64,000 nt of DNA from Dehalococcoidia bacterium (GTDB lineage Bacteria > Chloroflexota > Dehalococcoidia > Plut-88900). The position numbers and the translations under genes were made by a program. The notes below the pieces were generated by a model. It made no database searches. It was not told the origin of the DNA and was given only the letters and a program-made list of their open reading frames with translations. The stretch covers positions 1,824,001 through 1,888,000 of the forward strand of contig CBDBLV010000005.1 of assembly GCA_965207225.1 (NCBI GenBank), read 5' to 3'. The stretch's first letter is position 1. Every line of letters begins with the position of its first letter. Shown here piece by piece: positions 57,369 to 64,000 of the stretch.

Positions 57369-58732
57369 GACCAGTCCTCGGCGGTGTGGCGGCTGATGCC
57401 ACTAAAGAGGGACTTCCAGCGACGCAGGCGCTCTTCCTCGGGCATGGTGAGGGCGCGGTAGATGACGGAAGCGGTGCGCTGGGTGTCGTAGGGGTTGACC
57501 ATGAGGGCGTCCTGCATGGACTCGGCGGCGCCGCAGAAACGAGATAGTACGAGGACGCCGGGGTCGGAGGTCTGGGAGGCGACGAACTCCTTGGCAACGA
57601 GGTTCATGCCGTCCCGGAGCGGAGTTACAAGACAGGCGTCGGCTTTCCGGTAGAAGTGGGCGAGGTCCTGTTGAGAATAGGATCGGTGAAGGGGGAGGAT
57701 GGGCATCCAGTGGGCCTCGCCGAATTTTCCGTTGATCTGGCCTACGAGGGAGTCGAGCTGGGCGCGTTCGTCGGCGTATTCAGGGACGTTGACCCTGCTC
57801 GGAGCGGCGATCTGGACGAGGGTTACGCGGCCTCGGAGGTCGGGGCGGGTATCCAGCAGTCGGTCGATGGCCTGCATCCGTTGGGCGATTCCCTTGGTGT
57901 AGTCGAGCCGGTCAACGCCGAGGAGGACTTTCTTGTCTCTGGTGAAGTCGTCCAGAAAGCGGGTGACAGGGGTTGGGGTCCGGCTGGAGGCCATCTGCCG
58001 GAAGGCTTGGGCGTCGGTGCTGACGGGGAACGGCCGTATTTTCAAGGCCTGGCCGCGGTAGTACACCCTGTCGCCGATAAGGGTGGCGCCAAGCTCGTCG
58101 CCCATGGACTCTTCCAGGTTATAAGCGTATCTGCGGGTCTGGAGGCCTACGAGATCGTAGGCAAAGAGTCGGGAGAGGAGCTTTCGGGCCCAGGGAAGGA
58201 TGCCGAAGATCTCGGAAGGTGGGAAGGGGCTGTGCAGGAAGAAACCGATTTTTCCGGTCCACCCCAGCTTCCGGAGGGCGTGGCCGAGAGGGAAGAGGTG
58301 GTAGTCGTGGACCCAGACGAGGTCGTCGGGACTGAGGAGGCCTATAAGGACATCGGCATATTTTCGATTAACGTCTCGATAGATGCGGTAGCTATCGTGG
58401 CTGATGGTGGCCTTGTCGGGGAAGGAGTGAAGGAGGGGCCAGAGGGTCTGGTTGGAGAAAATGGTGTAGAAGTGGTCGACCTCCCTGGGGGAGAGGGAAA
58501 CGGAGGCGAGCCTGATACCATCGACGTCGGAGAGGGAAGGGGATACAGGTCCAGGCGGGCCGTCAGGCAGGCCGTCCCAGCCCATCCAGAGGCCGCCGCG
58601 GCTCAGGAGGAGGGGTCGGAGGGCGCTGACGAGACCACCGACTGGGAGATTGCGTCGGTCTTCCGGTGTGGAGGGCACGGCGACGGAAGGCGCCCTATTG
58701 GAGACAACGACTACCCGGCCATTACCGCCCAT
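57335..58732 (-). CDS. otsA: Trehalose-6-phosphate synthase (GT20)
   Basis: [52 protein letters not shown]. Confidence 0.96.
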   Translation of the reverse strand: MGGNGRVVVVSNRAPSVAVPSTPEDRRNLPVGGLVSALRPLLLSRGGLWMGWDGLPDGPPGPVSPSLSDVDGIRLASVSLSPREVDHFYTIFSNQTLWPLLHSFPDKATISHDSYRIYRDVNRKYADVLIGLLSPDDLVWVHDYHLFPLGHALRKLGWTGKIGFFLHSPFPPSEIFGILPWARKLLSRLFAYDLVGLQTRRYAYNLEESMGDELGATLIGDRVYYRGQALKIRPFPVSTDAQAFRQMASSRTPTPVTRFLDDFTRDKKVLLGVDRLDYTKGIAQRMQAIDRLLDTRPDLRGRVTLVQIAAPSRVNVPEYADERAQLDSLVGQINGKFGEAHWMPILPLHRSYSQQDLAHFYRKADACLVTPLRDGMNLVAKEFVASQTSDPGVLVLSRFCGAAESMQDALMVNPYDTQRTASVIYRALTMPEEERLRRWKSLFSGISRHTAEDWSYSFLSALGES

Positions 58733-58845
58733 AATCCTCCGAGTCGTGGTGCGGTCCCGTGGCTAAGGGATTGAAATTGGCCCACTGCGGTCCGTCCCGA
58801 CTAACCAAACATACTCTAGGTGAGAGAGGGATGGGGTGCAAGGGG

Positions 58846-59556
58846 TTAGGGGATGGATGTCAAGAGTGGCAGGCTGGGCAGTTCCACAAGGTTGGCGATA
58901 ACTGCGCAGTCCTGGTGGGTAGAGAGGCCCGTTCTGTCGATGAGGACTGGCGTGATGCCCGACCCTCTGGCCCCGGCTACGTCTGAATAGTATTGATCGC
59001 CGACGTGTATGGCTTCATCGGGTTGGACGCCGGCCTTGGAGAGGGCGAGTTCAAAGATTGCGGGATGGGGCTTTTCGGAGCCGGCTTCCTTGGAGGTTAC
59101 CCAGAAGTCGAGGGAGTCTGCGAGGCCGAGTCGGGTACAGGTGCGGTTAAGGTCAGAATAGATGTTGCTGATCATGCCGACGATGAGGCCTCGGAACTTG
59201 AGGGTGTCAATGCAGGGAAGGGCGTCGTCGTAGAGCGCGAGGTGGTAAGGGATGGCTCGGATCGCTTGAAAAATCTCACCGGCGAGTTGCAAAGGGACTT
59301 CTACACCCGCTCCACGGAGGATAAGGCGTTCGTATTCGGCGAAAAAGTCCCACTGTTCCTGTTCAGTTCGCTTGGCCAGGTGGAACTTGGCGTTTTCCCG
59401 GGCCATATAGTCGTCGGCTTCGACATATCCAGATATGATGCCTGCTTTGTCGACCTGGATGCTGTATTCGGAGCAGACCTGTTGCTGGAGGTCTTCGCGA
59501 AGAGGGTCGAAGTGGGCCAGAGTGTTATAGAGGTCGAAGAAGATGGCTTTCAGCAT
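58846..59556 (-). CDS. HAD-IA family hydrolase
   Basis: FFDLYNTL, ISN, EKPHPAIF, HVGDQYYSD. Confidence 0.92.
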   Translation of the reverse strand: MLKAIFFDLYNTLAHFDPLREDLQQQVCSEYSIQVDKAGIISGYVEADDYMARENAKFHLAKRTEQEQWDFFAEYERLILRGAGVEVPLQLAGEIFQAIRAIPYHLALYDDALPCIDTLKFRGLIVGMISNIYSDLNRTCTRLGLADSLDFWVTSKEAGSEKPHPAIFELALSKAGVQPDEAIHVGDQYYSDVAGARGSGITPVLIDRTGLSTHQDCAVIANLVELPSLPLLTSIP

Positions 59557-59644
59557 TGGGAGGCACCAAGGCGTATCAGGAATGTAGAGGTCGAGAGTAT
59601 ACAACGCTGGCTATAATTGGACTTGGGCCAGATCGACCTAGCTT

Positions 59645-60370
59645 ATGAAGGACGGGCGAGGCATCAGTCTTTCAACGTTTATAGCCACCGGCAAGGATTC
59701 CTTCCTGGACATGCTATTTCCGAAGCGCTGCGTGGCGTGTGACCGGCATGGAGCATTCATCTGCGGGGGGTGCGAGTCGGGGATGCAGGTGATCGGGGCG
59801 CCGCGATGTCACAGATGCGGGAATCCGGGCCCTGGCCCGTGTCTCTGCATAGCCGCAGCGGACCGTGTCTGGCCCCTGGACGGGATGAGATCGGGGTTTG
59901 AGTTTGAGACCCCGGTAAGGGAGGCGATCCTGGCTTTGAAGTTTGCCAACCTGCGGTCGGTAGGGAGCATCCTGTCAGCGTATCTGGCGGGGACGCTGAG
60001 AGAGGACGGCCTGAAGTTTGACGTGTTGATGCCTGTACCTCTACACAGGCGCCGGATGAGGCAGAGGGGATACAACCAATCGGAGATTCTGGCCGCAGGA
60101 CTTGGAAAGGAGATGGGCATCGAGGTAGACAAGGGATGCTTGCGACGGGTGACGTATCTCGGGCCGCAAGCCCGGGCTTCGACTGCTGATGAGAGACGGG
60201 CCAATGTGGCTCAAGCGTTTGAATGCAGGCCAGGTGGGGTGGAGGGGAAAAGGGTGGCTGTCATCGACGACGTGACGACAACAGGGGCGACGCTGAGGTC
60301 TTGCGCAGCGGCGCTGAAGAGGGACGGTGCAGTGGAGGTGTGGGGAATTACGGTAGCCCGGGAGCTGTAG
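59645..60370 (+). CDS. comF: ComF-family protein (double zinc ribbon + PRTase domain)
   Basis: FPKRCVAC..ICGGC, PVPLH..RGYNQS, IDDVTTTGAT. Confidence 0.93.
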   Translation: MKDGRGISLSTFIATGKDSFLDMLFPKRCVACDRHGAFICGGCESGMQVIGAPRCHRCGNPGPGPCLCIAAADRVWPLDGMRSGFEFETPVREAILALKFANLRSVGSILSAYLAGTLREDGLKFDVLMPVPLHRRRMRQRGYNQSEILAAGLGKEMGIEVDKGCLRRVTYLGPQARASTADERRANVAQAFECRPGGVEGKRVAVIDDVTTTGATLRSCAAALKRDGAVEVWGITVAREL

Positions 60371-60379
60371 GGAGCCGGG

Positions 60380-61486
60380 ATGGGAAATTCGGTGTTTGCA
60401 ACATTTGTCGGAGGGTGGGGGGAGAGCGAACCGGAGCGGGCATTGGCATCGGCACAGTGTGCAATTGCTCTACATAACATCGAACAAGTTATTGCTTGTG
60501 ACGTTTTTGATCAGCATGTAATCGTTACAGATGAGCCTGAGCTACTGCACATAACGTGCGCCCAACCAGAAATTGAGAGATCTCCGGATCCCTTTCATTT
60601 CGGGCGGTGTCTGAAGGATGTTCTGGATGGTTACGATGCGGACAGGGCTTGCTGTTTGGGGGGCGGTTCGATGGTGTTGGCGTCAGGGTCGGTGTTCCGG
60701 GGGGTGGGGGAGCGGTTAATGAAGGGAAGAAACATCGTGATCACCAACAATTTGTACTCGGGAGACATGACGGCATTTACACCAGTGGACGCCCTAGAAC
60801 AGATCCCGTTACCGGAGATAGACAACCCCCTGCCCCGACTGCTGAGGGACTACGCGGGCCTCGGGGCGGTGGCGTTGGAGAAGGGCATCGAGACCATGTT
60901 GGATGTGGACACACCCACCGATCTGGCAGTGCTTTCCCTTTATCCTCACCTTCCCGATGGCATTAGACCGGCAATGACGGCAACAGAGCTGCAGAAGGGT
61001 CAACTAAGAAGGGTGATGGCCTGCTTCACAGATAAGGAAGCCCGGGTCACGGTGACGGGTCGGGTGAACAGCTACGTATGGTCCAAACTGGAAACGGACA
61101 CGGCGTGTCGGTGTCGAGTGGTGTCTGAAGGAAGGGGTATGAGGGCAGAGGGGTCGGGTGGGGGTGGCAGTTCGGTCATGGGTTATATATTGGAATCGGC
61201 TGGGGTGAAGGGATTCTTCGATAAGCTGGGGGAGATGGGAGACGCTGCATTCCTGGACAGCCGGGTGCTGTTTGCTCACATGGGCAAGAGATTCAGCACT
61301 GCTGACAGGTTCCATTCGGACATGCTGAAGCCCGACGAGATATCCGACCCCTGGCTGAAGGAGTTCACCCTCGGGGCGATGGAGGCGTCGATACCGGTTG
61401 TGTTGGGAGGGCACTCATTGGTGTCGGGAGGGTTGCTGGCGCTAATCGACGCTGCTTGGGAGGGGTTTGTGAGTGATTCGAATTGA
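60380..61486 (+). CDS. Conserved hypothetical protein; N-terminal half resembles CofC/NTP-transferase fold
   Basis: FHFG, NNLYSGD, DNPL, LDVDTPTDL, SEGRGMRA, DSRVL, DRFHSD, LGGHSLVSG. Confidence 0.6.
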   Translation: MGNSVFATFVGGWGESEPERALASAQCAIALHNIEQVIACDVFDQHVIVTDEPELLHITCAQPEIERSPDPFHFGRCLKDVLDGYDADRACCLGGGSMVLASGSVFRGVGERLMKGRNIVITNNLYSGDMTAFTPVDALEQIPLPEIDNPLPRLLRDYAGLGAVALEKGIETMLDVDTPTDLAVLSLYPHLPDGIRPAMTATELQKGQLRRVMACFTDKEARVTVTGRVNSYVWSKLETDTACRCRVVSEGRGMRAEGSGGGGSSVMGYILESAGVKGFFDKLGEMGDAAFLDSRVLFAHMGKRFSTADRFHSDMLKPDEISDPWLKEFTLGAMEASIPVVLGGHSLVSGGLLALIDAAWEGFVSDSN

Positions 61487-61607
61487 CGAGTTTCGAAGGC
61501 TGGAATAAAATTTACTGCTGACGGAAAGAGACATAGGGCCCTACGGCACGGGCGGGTCCAGGCTCCCGAACAGGCAGGCACTCTCTTCAGGAAGTGCCTT
61601 CTTTGTT
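61483..61607 (+). promoter_or_regulatory. Sigma70 promoter plus structured leader with an intrinsic terminator upstream of glyA
   Basis: TTGACG-N17-TAAAAT (61483-61511); AGGCACT/AGTGCCT hairpin (61576-61599) followed by TCTTTGTT, about 45 nt before the ATG. Confidence 0.65.
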
Positions 61608-61649
61608 GGGAATTGGCGGCGGCCCCGGGCCCCGGAAGCAGAGGCGATA

Positions 61650-62894
61650 ATGACGATGCTACTGGAACAGGACGCTGAGATAAAGCGGATCATAGATGCG
61701 GAGGCGGAGAGGCAGAAGCGAAAGATAGTGCTGATTGCCTCGGAGAACTACGCGAGCAAGGCGGTGCAGGAAGCGCAGGGGTCGATCCTGACCAACAAGT
61801 ATGCTGAGGGATATCCCGGGCGAAGGTACTACGGCGGGTGCGAGTTCGTGGACGAAGCCGAGAGCCTGGCCATCGAGAGGGCGAAGCAGCTTTTCGGGGC
61901 TGAGCACGTGAATGTTCAACCACACGCAGGGGCCCAGGCAAACATGGGGGTGTATTTCTCGCTACTGGAGCCCGGTGATACGGTCATGGGCCTCAGGCTG
62001 GACCAGGGCGGGCATCTGACCCACGGCAGCCCTGTGAATTTCTCGGGGCGGTACTACAACTTCGTGTCGTATGGGCTGGACCCGGACACGGAACTAATTG
62101 ACTACGAGAATGTGGCGAATCTGGCTCGGGAACATCGTCCAAAGATAATCGTGGCGGGGGCCACGGCGTATCCACGGACCATCGACTTTGCCCGATTCCG
62201 GGAGATTGCGGACGAGGTCGAGGCCCTGCTGATGGTGGACATGGCCCACATTGCGGGGCTGATTGCCGCGGGCGTGCACCCTTCGTGCATACCGCACGCC
62301 CAGGTTGTGACGACTACGACGCACAAGACGCTGCGCGGGCCCCGGGGGGCGATGATCCTGTGCAACCAGGACTTGGCGAGCTCCATTGACAAGGGTGTGT
62401 TCCCGAGGATGCAGGGTGGGCCGTTCATGCATGCAATAGCGGCCAAGGCCGTGGCATTTGGGGAGGCCCTGAGGCCCGAGTTCAAAGTGTACCAGCAGCA
62501 GGTGGTGGATAATGCGCGCATCCTGGCCAACCAGCTGCAGGAACTGGGTTTCAGGATAGTTTCAGGAGGGACGGACAACCACTTGATGCTGGTGGACGTG
62601 TCTACGTTCGGGTTGACGGGTAAGGAGGCGGAGGAGGCGTTGGATGCGGTGAACATCACGGCCAACAAAAACGCTATCCCAAACGACCCGAAGCCTCCCC
62701 GCATTACCAGTGGACTGAGAGTCGGGACTCCGGCGGTTACGAGTCGAGGGTTCGGGGCGAACGAGATGGCGGAGATAGCACGGCTGATGCACCGCGCAGT
62801 GACAAACATCGAAGACGAGAGGGTGAAAGCAGAGGTGACGGATGCCGTCGGGGCATTGACGTCACGGTTCCCGGTGCCGGGTATCGACTACTAG
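61650..62894 (+). CDS. glyA: Serine hydroxymethyltransferase
   Basis: [45 protein letters not shown]. Confidence 0.99.
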   Translation: MTMLLEQDAEIKRIIDAEAERQKRKIVLIASENYASKAVQEAQGSILTNKYAEGYPGRRYYGGCEFVDEAESLAIERAKQLFGAEHVNVQPHAGAQANMGVYFSLLEPGDTVMGLRLDQGGHLTHGSPVNFSGRYYNFVSYGLDPDTELIDYENVANLAREHRPKIIVAGATAYPRTIDFARFREIADEVEALLMVDMAHIAGLIAAGVHPSCIPHAQVVTTTTHKTLRGPRGAMILCNQDLASSIDKGVFPRMQGGPFMHAIAAKAVAFGEALRPEFKVYQQQVVDNARILANQLQELGFRIVSGGTDNHLMLVDVSTFGLTGKEAEEALDAVNITANKNAIPNDPKPPRITSGLRVGTPAVTSRGFGANEMAEIARLMHRAVTNIEDERVKAEVTDAVGALTSRFPVPGIDY

Positions 62895-62977
62895 GCCTAA
62901 GCGGAGTAGCATGCACACCTATGCTATAATGCACGGCGGCAAAAGACGGGATTCTATATAAGAGTTGGAGTTCGCAC

Positions 62978-63577
62978 TTGCAAGGTTACGAGATCGTGAC
63001 CATCGTCGATCCGCAAATAGCGGACGAGGATGTTCCCAAGACATCAGATAAGATCAACGAATTCATCACGTCCAGGGGCGGCGCCGTGGCCCGGGTGCAG
63101 CGGTGGGGAAGGCGTCGGCTGGCGCACCCAATCAAGAGACAGGTGGAAGCCCATTACCTGCTGACTACCTTCGAGCTTGATCCAGCGAAATCCTCGGAAC
63201 TGGAGGCAGACCTAGTATTGGCCCAAGAGGTGCTGAAGCACATGGTGGTCAAGCTGGATGACGAGGAGTTCCAGAGGGCTTCCGAGGAGCCGCCTCCACC
63301 ACCAGTTGTGGCGGAACCTCCGGTCGCAAACACCGAATCTGCTGATACGAGCGATGCTCCGGCGGCCGAGGCATCAACAGCCGAAGCGATGCCGGAAGAC
63401 TCCGGTTCTGAGGAGGCTGTGGCGGAGGCTACAGCACCAGTAGCCGAGGACCCTGCACCTGAACCAGCTGCTGAGGAAACTGCAGAGCCGGTGGCAGAAG
63501 AAAGCTCGGAAAGTGATAAGGGATCGGGGGACGGGGGAGGGGCTGAGGCAGAGTCGGAGGATAAGGAAGGGTCATAG
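62978..63577 (+). CDS. rpsF: 30S ribosomal protein S6 with a long acidic C-terminal tail
   Basis: YEIVTIVDP, WGRRRLAHPI, followed by ssb; TGCTATAAT extended -10 at 62922. Confidence 0.93.
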   Translation: MQGYEIVTIVDPQIADEDVPKTSDKINEFITSRGGAVARVQRWGRRRLAHPIKRQVEAHYLLTTFELDPAKSSELEADLVLAQEVLKHMVVKLDDEEFQRASEEPPPPPVVAEPPVANTESADTSDAPAAEASTAEAMPEDSGSEEAVAEATAPVAEDPAPEPAAEETAEPVAEESSESDKGSGDGGGAEAESEDKEGS

Positions 63578-63579
63578 CC

Positions 63580-63984
63580 ATGGTGGGCTTGAACAAGATA
63601 ATAGTGATCGGGAATCTGGGCACCGACCCTGAGATGCGGTACACGCCCAACGGCAATGCGGTGACGTCCTTCCGGCTGGCGGTGAGCAGGTCATATACGA
63701 CAAGGGACGGGGAACGCCGGCAGGAGACGGAGTGGTTCAGGATAGTGGCTTGGAACCAGCAGGCCGAGTCCTGTAACCAGTTCTTGCAGAAGGGCAAGAA
63801 GGTCTACGTCGAAGGCAGGCTGAAGAGTGATACCTGGGAGGGTCGGGATGGCCAGACGAGGTTCACTAACGAGATTATTGCTGACCGGGTCCTGTTCCTG
63901 GACCGCCAGCCCGTAACTACTATGCCGGGAGAAGAGTCTTACGGTGATGATGGCGGGATGGATGCGGAGGACCTGCCGTTTTAG
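63580..63984 (+). CDS. ssb: Single-stranded DNA-binding protein
   Basis: NKIIVIGNLGTDPEMRYT, ETEWF, VYVEGRL, C-terminal DLPF. Confidence 0.98.
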   Translation: MVGLNKIIVIGNLGTDPEMRYTPNGNAVTSFRLAVSRSYTTRDGERRQETEWFRIVAWNQQAESCNQFLQKGKKVYVEGRLKSDTWEGRDGQTRFTNEIIADRVLFLDRQPVTTMPGEESYGDDGGMDAEDLPF

Positions 63985-64000
63985 GGCCGTTCACCAGTTG

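Overview
Bacterial chromosomal window. Gene content and style suggest Chloroflexota, probably Dehalococcoidia/SAR202-like and possibly host-associated; this taxonomy is inference only. Left (1-7.6 kb): homocysteine methyltransferase, an operon of Ppx/GppA plus two thymidylate-kinase-like genes, and a nine-FN3-repeat surface protein. Middle (7.66-29.4 kb) is a mosaic island. An IS1182 truncates argE, and an intact IS21 with a 4-bp target duplication sits in a decayed ICE-like block containing a four-HTH regulator behind an attenuator-like leader and a truncated helicase. Next is a ~3000-aa repetitive adhesin whose RBS/ATG is thrown out of frame by a C10 tract (phase-variation candidate). Most notable is a run of five ~48-bp same-orientation sites at 25.8-29.4 kb. 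The three clearest join a tRNA-like 3' end (..GGCCCACCA or ..GCTTCACCA) to the antisense of a conserved peptide tail (GGPxxTVxxTxFEMWLG); two more are degenerate. The sites separate one- or two-gene modules (HEPN protein, ArsR-VOC, RelE-type toxin-antitoxin), with a DUF5678-like/aspartyl protease pair just left of the first site. This looks like an integron-like cassette array built from tRNA att scars. Right (29.5-64 kb) is mostly backbone: DddQ-like cupin, creatinase-like M24 enzyme, PAS-LuxR, archaeal-type ppcA, an SBP/kinase/PP2C module, GMC oxidoreductase, purF-purM-purH, pncA-pncB, a PLD-domain insert, tilS, mfd, convergent otsB/otsA, comF, glyA with a terminator-containing leader, rpsF and ssb. 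No rRNA, intact tRNA or CRISPR array was seen. All calls come from motif reading; no searches were run.
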